64,000 nucleotides of DNA, from assembly GCA_964593055.1 (NCBI GenBank), contig CAZQIG010000001.1:13527-77526 (forward strand), written 5' to 3'. Made by a program: the position numbers and the translations under genes. Below, in pieces: positions 1-8,327 of this stretch (within the stretch, counting starts at the first letter, position 1; each line of letters opens with the position of its first letter). The stretch is from an uncultured Erysipelotrichia bacterium (GTDB lineage Bacteria > Bacillota_I > Bacilli_A > JBKEDG01). A model generated the notes under the pieces. The model saw nothing but the letters and a program-made list of their open reading frames with translations. It made no database searches and was not told where the DNA came from.

Positions 1-29
1 AGTAACAAAGTCAAATTTATCAAAATATT

Positions 30-311
30 CTATCTCCATAAAAAATTTTTTCCATTCTCAAAAGCTTGTTTTTCAACCTTATAATCTGCTACTATTTCAC
101 TAATATCAAACGTTCCATCTAGTATAGTGTTTACTTCCATTCCAGTAAGAACTTCATCATATACATAATTAATAATTATTTTCATATCAATTCCTACTTT
201 TATATGTTCTTTTAATATTTTTTGAATTGGTAATTTTATAAACTTAATTATTATCTTGCCCATTATTGTACTTTCACTGTAAATTATGCTTACTGTTTGC
301 CAATGTATCAA
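30..311 (-). CDS. Hypothetical small protein (prophage early region)
   Basis: A 93-aa ORF on the same strand as, and downstream of, the phage replication genes. It has no recognisable motifs and only a weak RBS. Confidence 0.3.
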   Translation of the reverse strand: MIHWQTVSIIYSESTIMGKIIIKFIKLPIQKILKEHIKVGIDMKIIINYVYDEVLTGMEVNTILDGTFDISEIVADYKVEKQAFENGKNFLWR

Positions 312-321
312 GTCTTCTTTT

Positions 322-864
322 TTAAAAATCTTTTAGTTCTCTCATTCTCATTTTTGTTAATTTAGCTATTTCATCAAAACCTAGATCATCGTAACTTTGC
401 TTTTTCCTGCAGACCTTATAGCTTTCTCTTATTTGAGCTGTTACTATTCCAAGCTCGCTATGTTTCAACATTTTCAATCTTTCTAAATATTGCTTAGCAA
501 CTACCACACCTTTATCGCCGTAAATTTCTCTAATATGTTCAATACAAGTTTCATAATTGTAGTTAAATCCAATTTCACGATTGACCTTTAATAAATAACT
601 TGCAAACTCTTCAGCACTATCACTAACTTGTTCATACTCATCAATAAGCTTTAATATACTTGCTGGTGAATTAGGCCCAAACTCTTTTTTTTGTAAATAT
701 ACTTTTACAAGTTCTGTAAATTGTTTATCATTCAAGTGCTTAAATTGTTCGTACCAAACTTTAATTTTAGCAGTATCAGTAAAATCAAAATTAAAGTTAT
801 TATAATTTTTTTCAATAACAGCCAACCATTTTAAAAAAGTTTCTTTACTTAATTTTCCAGCCAT
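322..864 (-). CDS. Phage replicative helicase loader/inhibitor, G39P-like
   Basis: A 180-aa ORF with a strong RBS (AAGGAGTGA). Its N-terminal pattern (LAVIEKNYNNF...VWYEQF...FGPNSPASILKL) resembles the SPP1 G39P loader/inhibitor family, and it sits immediately downstream of a DnaD-like initiator. The family assignment comes from motif memory, not from a search. Confidence 0.45.
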   Translation of the reverse strand: MAGKLSKETFLKWLAVIEKNYNNFNFDFTDTAKIKVWYEQFKHLNDKQFTELVKVYLQKKEFGPNSPASILKLIDEYEQVSDSAEEFASYLLKVNREIGFNYNYETCIEHIREIYGDKGVVVAKQYLERLKMLKHSELGIVTAQIRESYKVCRKKQSYDDLGFDEIAKLTKMRMRELKDF

Positions 865-998
865 TTTCTAAGCTCACTCCTTGTATCTTTTTGCTTATGA
901 AGCTCATTGATTGCTTCTTCGTGATAATCAACAAATTTAGTAGCAAATAAAGTTGATGGTCTTACATAACTTTTCATCTTGCTATTATTCCAATCGTG

Positions 999-1583
999 CT
1001 ATTTAAAATCGATCGCTAACTTTACATCTTCTACATTAAATTTTTCTTTCTCCAAAATTCTTTTTAAATTCTTGATTGTATTTTTATTTTTGCTTTGAAA
1101 TTTGCTTTTAGTTTTCAAATTCAAATAATCAACAACTTCATCAATTTTTTCATCAACTCGACCTATATTCTCTTTATCATTATTAGTATTCAGTAAATCT
1201 TTGTTAAGATTAGTATTAGTATGAGGCTCATTTTTGCAACCGTTGTAATTTTGCGACCTCGCACCCCACGACCGTTGCATTTTGCCCCCATCGTAAAATA
1301 ACCCCATATTCAAACAATATTCATATTCAAAACCTTTATTTCCTTTTGGACTTTTTTTAATTGTTAAATACTCTAATTTTTTAAGTTCTTTAATACTCCT
1401 TTTAACTGTACTGATATCCAAATTTAACTCTTTTGCAATCTGAGATTGATATACTTTCCAATCTGATGGTTTACTATATAGCAATAGTAAAATCCGCAAA
1501 CTTGAATGCTTTAAATTACTCACAATTAACTCATTTGGAATAATTGTAAAATTCTTTTTAAGCTCATTTTTCAATATTGCCAT
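999..1583 (-). CDS. Phage replication initiator / replisome organiser (winged-helix N-terminus, DnaD-like C-terminus)
   Basis: A 194-aa ORF with RBS AAGAGGTAG. It has an HTH-like N-terminus (ISTVKRSIKELKKLEYLTI) and a DnaD/DnaB_2-like C-terminus (IDEVVDYLNLKTKSKF...NLKRIL). It lies in the leftward early operon downstream of cro. Confidence 0.5.
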   Translation of the reverse strand: MAILKNELKKNFTIIPNELIVSNLKHSSLRILLLLYSKPSDWKVYQSQIAKELNLDISTVKRSIKELKKLEYLTIKKSPKGNKGFEYEYCLNMGLFYDGGKMQRSWGARSQNYNGCKNEPHTNTNLNKDLLNTNNDKENIGRVDEKIDEVVDYLNLKTKSKFQSKNKNTIKNLKRILEKEKFNVEDVKLAIDFK

Positions 1584-1969
1584 TTTCTACCTCTTTTGCT
1601 AAAAAATACTCTTTAAATCTAACTATATTTCCATATCTGTTTTTCTTTACAATATTTCTATCTTTTATATTATATTTTTTTCTGAGTAAATAAATAGTGT
1701 GAGCTAATCTTGTATTTCCATAAATACTGAACGCATCATAAGTTGTAATACTTCCTTTTTTTTCATATGTTCTAGAGTTCTTTCTTCATGGTTCATTCGC
1801 TCACCTCCATAATTTCTGTTAGAGTTTTTATTACAAAGCTGAACATAAAAAATGCTGTTATTAAACCAAAATAAGTATATCTAGCACCGTTTATCACTTT
1901 AATAATATCGAATACTAAAAATGCAAGAAACAATAAATATAGCAGTATTTAACTTATTTGATTTTCTTT

Positions 1970-2188
1970 TCATAATTGTTTACTCATACTATCTTCAATA
2001 ATATTAACAGCAATCTCATATTTTGTTATTAAAACTCCTTTAATCAAACCCTTTTGAAATCTTTCATGAGCAACCAATTTTTTGTTATATAAACTACAAC
2101 ATTCATGTGCACCCCCTCTAAATATCTCTGGATTATTTTCTTTTATATTGTCCAATTCTACATCACAAAATATGTCCTTATTTTTCAT
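1970..2188 (-). CDS. Hypothetical small protein (phage early operon)
   Basis: A 72-aa ORF with a good RBS (AGGAGAA). Confidence 0.35.
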   Translation of the reverse strand: MKNKDIFCDVELDNIKENNPEIFRGGAHECCSLYNKKLVAHERFQKGLIKGVLITKYEIAVNIIEDSMSKQL

Positions 2189-2539
2189 TATTTTTCTCCT
2201 CTAAATTATAAGTTTTCTGTAATAGCTACTATTCAAAGTAAAAAATATATGTTACAATCAGTTTGTCTTGGGATTACTTATGTAGTAATCTCTTTTTTAT
2301 ATTCATATATTATTGCTAGAATTCAGATTTTCAATTGCAACATCTAAATCTAGACCATACTTTTTACACAAGAATTGTAAAGGTACTTTTATTGCTCTTC
2401 CCTCGATATTTTTGTAACCCATTTTGGTGATCTCATGTTGTAGTTCTCTTAACCTTTCTCCTACTTTATTTCCATTCACTGCAATAAGTAAGATAAATTT
2501 CTTACTTCCTATAAATGTGTTTATTGTATTTCATATAAT

Positions 2540-2770
2540 TTACTCCTTTCTCTTTTTGTTAAAATCCTTATAAATTTCTTCAATTGGAATATCTAGTACT
2601 TCGCACAATTTTGATAAAATAGACATTTTTGGAAATCTAAGATATTTTTCATATTTCCAAATAGTTATTTGGGCAACTCCAACTCTTTTTGCAAGTTGCT
2701 CTTGTGAAAGGTGGAGTTTTTCACGTTTCTTTTTAATTAAGTTCAAGATTTCTCCTTTCTTTGTAATCAT
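2540..2770 (-). CDS. cro: Cro-like HTH (XRE family) transcriptional regulator
   Basis: It carries an XRE helix-turn-helix (LSQEQLAKRVGVAQITIWKYE). The longest ORF starts at 2839, but a sigma-A-like promoter (TTGACA-17-TATACT, minus strand, plus coordinates about 2786..2814) lies inside that extension. The 76-aa product from the ATG at 2770 is therefore the likely real protein, and it is near-leaderless. Confidence 0.6.
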   Translation of the reverse strand: MITKKGEILNLIKKKREKLHLSQEQLAKRVGVAQITIWKYEKYLRFPKMSILSKLCEVLDIPIEEIYKDFNKKRKE

Positions 2771-2873
2771 TTCGGTTACAATACTAGTATATGTAATCTT
2801 TTTGTGAATGTCAACTCCTTTTTGTGAATTTGTCACCATTTCGTGATAAAATGGTTTTACAAGGAGGTTTTAT
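2771..2873. promoter_or_regulatory. Divergent cro/cI promoter-operator region (lysogeny switch)
   Basis: The cro promoter (minus: TTGACA/TATACT) and the cI promoter (plus: TTGTGA at 2822..2827 with -10 GATAAAAT at 2845..2852) face each other. A direct repeat TTTGTGAAT occurs at 2801..2809 and 2821..2829. An imperfect inverted repeat TTGTCAC-N6-GTGATAA lies at 2830..2849. Confidence 0.45.
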
Positions 2874-3482
2874 ATGGATTTTGGAGATAAATTAAAACAA
2901 CTGCTTGATGACAAAAATGAAACGCAAACATCTCTAAGTAATTACTTACATGTAGAAAGAAACACGGTATCTAGTTATGTTAACAATAAAAGACAGCCAA
3001 ACTTTGATACACTCAAAAAAATTGCTAAATATTTTAACGTAACAACTGATTATCTTTTAGGCTCAAACGTTGAACCAGTTGAATTAAGTCAAGATGTAAT
3101 TAAAATACCAGTACTTGGACTCATTTCATGTGGCCAAATGTCACTGGCAGAAGAAAATATTATTGACTACATTGATATTCCACGAGAATGGCAAAATAAG
3201 GGAGACTATTTCGCTCTTCAATTAAAAGGTAACTCAATGTCACCTAAGTTTTTAGATGGAGATATAGTAATATTTAAAAAGCAATCAACAGTTAATAGTG
3301 GTAGTCTTGCTATTGTTTGTGTTGATGAAGATTATGAAGCAACATTTAAAAAGGTTATAATTGATAAGAACAAAATAACTTTAATAGCTCTTAATCCAGA
3401 GTATGACCCTATTTATTTAGACAGCAAAAAAAGAGTACATATATTAGGCATACCTGTAGAGTTAAGAAGAAAAAATTTTTAA
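2874..3482 (+). CDS. cI: CI-like phage repressor (HTH XRE plus S24 LexA-like peptidase domain)
   Basis: It has an N-terminal HTH (ETQTSLSNYLHVERNTVSSYVNNKRQP) and a C-terminal S24 domain with GNSMSP at the catalytic Ser and a downstream Lys. The RBS is AAGGAGG. It is divergent from cro. Confidence 0.75.
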   Translation: MDFGDKLKQLLDDKNETQTSLSNYLHVERNTVSSYVNNKRQPNFDTLKKIAKYFNVTTDYLLGSNVEPVELSQDVIKIPVLGLISCGQMSLAEENIIDYIDIPREWQNKGDYFALQLKGNSMSPKFLDGDIVIFKKQSTVNSGSLAIVCVDEDYEATFKKVIIDKNKITLIALNPEYDPIYLDSKKRVHILGIPVELRRKNF

Positions 3483-3554
3483 AATTAAAGCAAACTTTCA
3501 AACCCATCAAACTCTTAGAGAATTAGTATTAATATTGCAGAAGATTTAAAATCT

Positions 3555-4110
3555 ATGGCTCAATACATACCTAATGGAAAATCAAAATGGATATTGGATG
3601 TTAGATACGTTGATTTTTATGAAAATAATAAAAGAAAAAGACAAGGCTCATATAGAACTAAAAAAGAAGCAAAAAAGCAGAAGATGAGTTTTTAGCAAGT
3701 ACAAAATTTGCACTTGCTAAAGGTATAACACTTAAAGAAATATGTATTGAATACTTACTTTATAAAAAAAGTAGAATAAGAGAAACAAGTTATGTAAAAG
3801 TGGAAAGACAATTAAACTACCACATATTACCTATTTTCGGTGATTTACAATAAATATTAAACATCTTGCGTATTGGCAGGAAAACTGCTGTCTAAAGGAT
3901 TATCAAAGAAATATATCAATAAAATTATTAAGTTTATTTAAATATACACAAAAAATGAAACCTAATTTAATTAATCAAGTTTCATTACTAGATTGATTTA
4001 AAGATGATCAAGTTAAAGACATAGTTTTTTTCACATATGATGAATACATTATATTTATACTTTTCGCTAACATGTGACAGTGATTTTCCTTTTTTTGCAT
4101 GTTCTTTTGT
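3555..4110 (+). pseudogene. int: Tyrosine integrase remnant (N-terminal arm-binding/SAM-like region only, multiple frameshifts and stops)
   Basis: Translation gives MAQYIPNGKSKWILDVRYVDFYENNKRKRQGSYRTKKEAKK, then a frameshift in an A6 run. The reading then continues as EDEFLASTKFALAKGITLKEICIEYLLYKK...VKVERQLNYHILPIFGDLQ, followed by a stop and further shifted fragments (HLAYWQEKLLSKGLSKKYINKIIKFI; FFTYDEYIIF). No catalytic domain (R-K-H-R-H-Y) fits before tmRNA. Confidence 0.55.
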
Positions 4111-4224
4111 CATTTTTAGTTTTTCTTCCATTGTACAAGTGCATATTAAAAACCCCCTAAAGTTAGAGTAGTATATTTATTATACCAATTCTCTCCAACT
4201 TTTGGGGGCCATTTCATCACTATT

Positions 4225-4565
4225 TGGTGGAGGTGACGGGATTCGAACCCGCGTCCAAAAACTAGGTTAATAAGAATATCTACAAGTTTAGTTAACTACA
4301 AGAATTTCAAAGATGTTTTTAGTAGTTAACTTTAAAAACACCTTCTAGTCTATTAATTTCATTTTTAATGTCTAGACTCCATTAAAACATACTCTGTTAG
4401 ATTTGTCACCACCATTATTTCACAGAGAAAAATAATTGTGATGTGCATGCCTAATTAGGCAGCAAAGTTTAATCTACTGTTTCCAGTTATTATTTTTTAA
4501 TGATTACGTCATCACACGACTTGCAATTCTTATGCCATAGAGTCTGTCGAAACCAAAACACCCCC
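4225..4565 (-). ncRNA. ssrA: tmRNA (SsrA)
   Basis: On the minus strand the 5' end reads GGGGGTGTTTTGGTTTCGACAGAC. The 3' end reads GGACGCGGGTTCGAATCCCGTCACCTCCACCA (T-arm plus acceptor plus CCA). An internal tag ORF reads GGA AAC AGU AGA UUA AAC UUU GCU GCC UAA, giving tag (A)GNSRLNFAA. A promoter TTGATA-N17-TAAAAT lies upstream. Confidence 0.85.
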
Positions 4566-4611
4566 AATTACTACTAATATTTTAACATAGGTGCTTTTGA
4601 ATATCAAAACA

Positions 4612-4637
4612 AAAAAACTTGGCATGCCAAGTTTTTA
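4612..4637. terminator. Bidirectional intrinsic terminator (end of ABC transporter operon / upstream of ssrA promoter)
   Basis: A perfect palindrome ACTTGGCATGCCAAGT is flanked by A-runs on one side and T-runs on the other. Confidence 0.5.
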
Positions 4638-5588
4638 TCTCATTCCTTTATCAAATACTACTCCTACTGCTTTTGGAGCTTGTGCTTTAGAACTTGTTAT
4701 TACCAAGGCAATAATTGTTAATAAATATGGAAGCATATAGAAAAACTCACTTGGTAATAATTCAATAATTGGAATATCAGTTGCATAAATACCTAACATT
4801 TGTGCAACTCCAAAAAAGAGACTCGCACCTACAATTCCTTTTACATTCCACTTACCAAAAATCAAAGCAGCTAGTGCCATAAATCCATAACCATGAATCG
4901 CAGTAATAGAAAACTCAGTATTTTGTGTAAATACCATAATAGCTCCTGCAATACCAGCTAAGAAACCAGATGTTAACACTCCAATATATCTTATGCGATA
5001 AACAGAAATACCTGAAGAATCTGCGGCATGAGGATTTTCTCCACAAGCTTTTATGTGTAAACCTAAAACTGTTCTGCCCATAATATAGGCTGCAACTAAA
5101 ACAACAATAACTGCTAAAAACACTGTTGGGTAGTATCCTTTAAAAAAATCGCCAAGAAAAGGTATATCAGAAATTATCGGTACAGAAACTCTTTTAAAAA
5201 CAATACCAAATTGTGGTGTTTTTTTACTTCCAAACATTACTACTGATAAAAATACGCTTACTCCACCAGCTAAAATATTTAAAGCTGTACCTGAAATAAC
5301 TTGATCAGCCTTAAAGTGAATCGCTGCAATAGCGTGTAAAAACGAGAAAATCATTGCAGAGACCCCTGCTGCAAATAATGCAATCCATGGAGAAATATTA
5401 GCACTTAATCCTGTATTTTTTAAAAATAAAATTGTGATTACACCTATAAAAGCACCAAATAACATTAATCCTTCCAAAGCGATATTAACAATACCACTAC
5501 GTTCACTAAACATCCCTCCAAGTGCAGCTATTAATATAGGTGTAGCATATAATAAAATCGTTGTAAACATTCCACCTAAGTTTATCAT
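4635..5588 (-). CDS. ABC transporter permease (BMP/nucleoside-type, NupQ/YufQ-like)
   Basis: A 317-aa polytopic membrane protein of the branched-chain/nucleoside permease type. Its start overlaps the stop of the preceding permease. Confidence 0.8.
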   Translation of the reverse strand: MINLGGMFTTILLYATPILIAALGGMFSERSGIVNIALEGLMLFGAFIGVITILFLKNTGLSANISPWIALFAAGVSAMIFSFLHAIAAIHFKADQVISGTALNILAGGVSVFLSVVMFGSKKTPQFGIVFKRVSVPIISDIPFLGDFFKGYYPTVFLAVIVVLVAAYIMGRTVLGLHIKACGENPHAADSSGISVYRIRYIGVLTSGFLAGIAGAIMVFTQNTEFSITAIHGYGFMALAALIFGKWNVKGIVGASLFFGVAQMLGIYATDIPIIELLPSEFFYMLPYLLTIIALVITSSKAQAPKAVGVVFDKGMR

Positions 5589-6634
5589 TTTTTATCACCT
5601 CTTTTTTTGAAAAAAGAAAAATCTAATTTTATTGCTACTAAATACAAAACTACTGCTGAAATAATAATTGCTATTTCACTAGGAATATTTACTAATTCCA
5701 TCAATTGTCTTGAACTTCCTAATCCTGCGAATAAAAGTCCACTAAAAATAATTCCAAACGGATTATTCAATCCTACTAAAGCAACTGCTATTCCATCAAA
5801 TCCATAACCTGCAAAACCTGAAGCAACAACTGTATATCCTTGAATTCCTAAAGTGATGATTACTCCTGCTAATCCTGCAAACATCCCAGAAATTGCCATT
5901 GAGCTCACGATTCCATGATTAACTTTCATTCCCGCATATTCAGCAGCACTTTTATTATATCCAATTACTTTCAAAGAATAACCATACGTTGTTTTATCAA
6001 TGATAATATAGAATAAAATAACTGCTAGAATCATTAAAAAGATTCCGTTATTCAAACTTGAATTATTAGTAATTGAAGAAAAGAAAGCGTTTTTCAACAT
6101 GTATTCTTCACTAACAATCCCTGAACCAGTTGATGTAGAGTTAGGTAGTAAAGGAATCACATAATTTGAAATTTGCAAAACAATATAGTTCATCATAATA
6201 CAAACAACTACTTCAGATACATTAAAAAATGCTTTCAATGCTCCAGGAACAATCCCAATTAATGCTCCAGCAACTATTCCTGATAAAGTCGCTAAAATAA
6301 TTGTTAAAATAGCTGGCAAATTTGAAGAAAGTGCTACTGTTACAGCAGCTAACTGCCCAGCGATAATTTGTCCTTCAGCACCAATATTGAAAAGTCCTGT
6401 TCGAAAAGCGAAGGCAACTGACAACCCAGCTAAAACGAGAATAGTTAAAACAGAAAATACTTCACCTACTTGATAACTATTAAACGTCCCATTAAAAAAA
6501 TTATAACCCGTAAAACCTCTAATAAATGTTAATAAAGCATCAACAACACTAAATCCTGCAAGAGCTGCAATAATTAATCCTACAACAAGACCTATTATAA
6601 CAGAGAAAAACGATACTCTTAATTTACTATTCAT
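5585..6634 (-). CDS. ABC transporter permease (BMP/nucleoside-type, NupP/YufP-like)
   Basis: A 349-aa membrane protein that overlaps the ATPase stop, so the two are in an operon. Confidence 0.8.
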   Translation of the reverse strand: MNSKLRVSFFSVIIGLVVGLIIAALAGFSVVDALLTFIRGFTGYNFFNGTFNSYQVGEVFSVLTILVLAGLSVAFAFRTGLFNIGAEGQIIAGQLAAVTVALSSNLPAILTIILATLSGIVAGALIGIVPGALKAFFNVSEVVVCIMMNYIVLQISNYVIPLLPNSTSTGSGIVSEEYMLKNAFFSSITNNSSLNNGIFLMILAVILFYIIIDKTTYGYSLKVIGYNKSAAEYAGMKVNHGIVSSMAISGMFAGLAGVIITLGIQGYTVVASGFAGYGFDGIAVALVGLNNPFGIIFSGLLFAGLGSSRQLMELVNIPSEIAIIISAVVLYLVAIKLDFSFFKKRGDKK

Positions 6635-8147
6635 TACGACCTCCTTTTGATGCCATTAATAAACCTAATTCATTTTCATCAGTTTCTTTTGGATTAAGTT
6701 CACCAGTAATTTCACCATCAAAAATTACTAAAATACGATCTGCAACATTTAAAACTTCATCTATTTCTAGAGAAACTAATAAAACCGCCTTATTCATATC
6801 ACGTTGCTCAATTAAACGCTTATGAATATACTCAATCGCACCTACATCTAACCCTCTTGTAGGTTGAACAGCTAATAAAATGTGTGGATTGCTTCTAATT
6901 TCTCTTGCAATAATAGCTTTTTGTTGATTACCTCCACTCATTCCTCTAGCAACTGATTTAACACCACTAGCAGTTCTAACATCAAACTCTATTTCTAACT
7001 CTTCGGCATGACTTGTTATTTCTTTATGATTTAAAAATCCATTTTTAGAAAAAGGCGTTTCTTTATAATGATGTAAAATAAAGTTTTCTTCCAAAGTAAA
7101 ATCAAGTACTAATCCATGTTTATGACGATCTTCAGGAATATGACTCATCCCTTGTGCAATACGCTTTTTTACAGGTGAATATGTAATATCTTCATTATCC
7201 AAAATAATTTTACCGCTTGCTACCGGCTTCAATCCTGAAATAGCATGTACTAAATCGGTTTGCCCATTACCTTCTATACCTACAATTCCTAAAATTTCTC
7301 CTCTTTTTAGAGAAAAACTAACATTATTGACAACTTTTTTATTATTATTTCCTAAAACAACTACGTCTTGTAATTCTAAAATTACATCACTAGGATTAGC
7401 ATCATCTTTTTCAACCGTAAAATCAACTTCACGCCCAACCATTAATTCTGCCATCTCTTTTTTATTTACACTTTCAACATCATATGTACCAATATAGCGT
7501 CCTCTTCTTAAAACACTAAAGCGGTCTGCAACTTGTTTAATCTCATTTAATTTATGTGTAATTAAGATAATTGATTTCCCTTCTGAAATAAGCACCTTAA
7601 AAATCTGCAACAATTCTTCAATCTCTTGTGGAGTTAAAACAGCAGTTGGTTCATCAAAAATCAATATTTCTGCATCACGATATAGCATTTTTAAAATTTC
7701 TACACGTTGTTGCATACCTACACTAGTATCTTCTACCTTAGCCTTTAAGTCAATATTTAACCCGTATCTTTCACTAAGTTCCTTAACTTGTTTTTCTGCT
7801 TCTAACCAATCTATACGCCCAAATTTACGCGGTTCCATTCCTAAAACGATATTTTGAACAGTTGTAAAATTATCGACAAGTTTAAAATGTTGATGTACCA
7901 TTCCAATACCTAAATCTCTAGCAACATTAGGATTATCTACTTTAACTTCTTTTCCACTACGCAAAATTTTACCACTATCTGGTTCATACAACCCAAATAA
8001 AATACTCATCAAAGTAGATTTACCCGCCCCATTCTCTCCAAGAATAGCGTGTATTTCACCTTTACGTAAACTTATTGAAATATTATCATTTGCCTTTATT
8101 TTTCCAAAATGCTTACTAATATTAAATAATTCTATCACATTTTCCAT
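6627..8147 (-). CDS. ABC transporter ATP-binding protein with duplicated ATPase cassettes (nucleoside/sugar type)
   Basis: It has two Walker A motifs (GENGAGKST; GIEGNGQT) and signature-like motifs. The start was moved to MENVIELF, which has RBS AAAGGAG (the longest ORF starts at 8183). Confidence 0.85.
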   Translation of the reverse strand: MENVIELFNISKHFGKIKANDNISISLRKGEIHAILGENGAGKSTLMSILFGLYEPDSGKILRSGKEVKVDNPNVARDLGIGMVHQHFKLVDNFTTVQNIVLGMEPRKFGRIDWLEAEKQVKELSERYGLNIDLKAKVEDTSVGMQQRVEILKMLYRDAEILIFDEPTAVLTPQEIEELLQIFKVLISEGKSIILITHKLNEIKQVADRFSVLRRGRYIGTYDVESVNKKEMAELMVGREVDFTVEKDDANPSDVILELQDVVVLGNNNKKVVNNVSFSLKRGEILGIVGIEGNGQTDLVHAISGLKPVASGKIILDNEDITYSPVKKRIAQGMSHIPEDRHKHGLVLDFTLEENFILHHYKETPFSKNGFLNHKEITSHAEELEIEFDVRTASGVKSVARGMSGGNQQKAIIAREIRSNPHILLAVQPTRGLDVGAIEYIHKRLIEQRDMNKAVLLVSLEIDEVLNVADRILVIFDGEITGELNPKETDENELGLLMASKGGRNE

Positions 8148-8327
8148 AGTATACTCCTTTACGCATTTTCTATATTTTAACATATTTTTAAATAAATTAT
8201 AAGTAGTCTACTTATTTTACTATTTATCCACGATACTTTCTTAAAAAACACTCAAAAGTATGTACACTACTATTAACCTTAACATAAAAAAAGTTGCTTA
8301 TGGAAACACAACTTTTTAGATATCTGC

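Noticed and set aside
858-977. A 42-aa minus-strand ORF (MKSYVRPSTLFATKFVDYHEEAINELHKQKDTRSELRKWLEN) between the replication initiator and the loader gene.
   Set aside because: It is short, overlaps the next gene's RBS and start, and has no recognisable features. It could be a linker micro-ORF, but it is not supportable.
2105-2347. An 80-aa plus-strand ORF overlapping minus-strand phage ORFs.
   Set aside because: It is antisense to better-supported genes (1970..2188 and a possible 2303..2479 ORF). It has no RBS and a low-complexity, Phe/Ile/Tyr-rich translation typical of AT-rich antisense frames.
2303-2479. A possible small minus-strand ORF (39-58 aa; ...ELQHEITKMGYKNIEGRAIKVPLQFLCKKYGLDLDVAIENLNSSNNI) downstream of cro.
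   Set aside because: It has no convincing start codon or RBS (GTG or internal ATG). It could be a real small phage gene, but it is unsupported, so I did not list it as a feature.
5607-5807. Antisense ORFs listed in the track inside the following genes: ABC permease, TauE, fabF, accD, accC, MATE, pyrE/ECF-S, pyrK, mnmG, tuf, fusA, hslO, ftsH, divIC, M23, prfB, secA, thiD, nrdJ and lysS. The other track ORFs in this class are 8908..9195, 10319..10792, 14697..15122, 16048..16275, 20150..20341, 20407..20616, 21343..21681, 23852..24037, 31113..31322, 31608..31820, 31696..31923, 32289..32477, 34619..34816, 36823..37074, 37099..37299, 39891..40091, 40242..40442, 43839..44027, 46151..46333, 46185..46406, 46987..47220, 49208..49390, 49955..50212, 52968..53378, 61945..62256 and 63101..63298.
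   Set aside because: All lie inside, and antisense or out of frame to, strongly conserved genes. They have low-complexity translations and no RBS, which is typical of spurious frames in AT-rich DNA.
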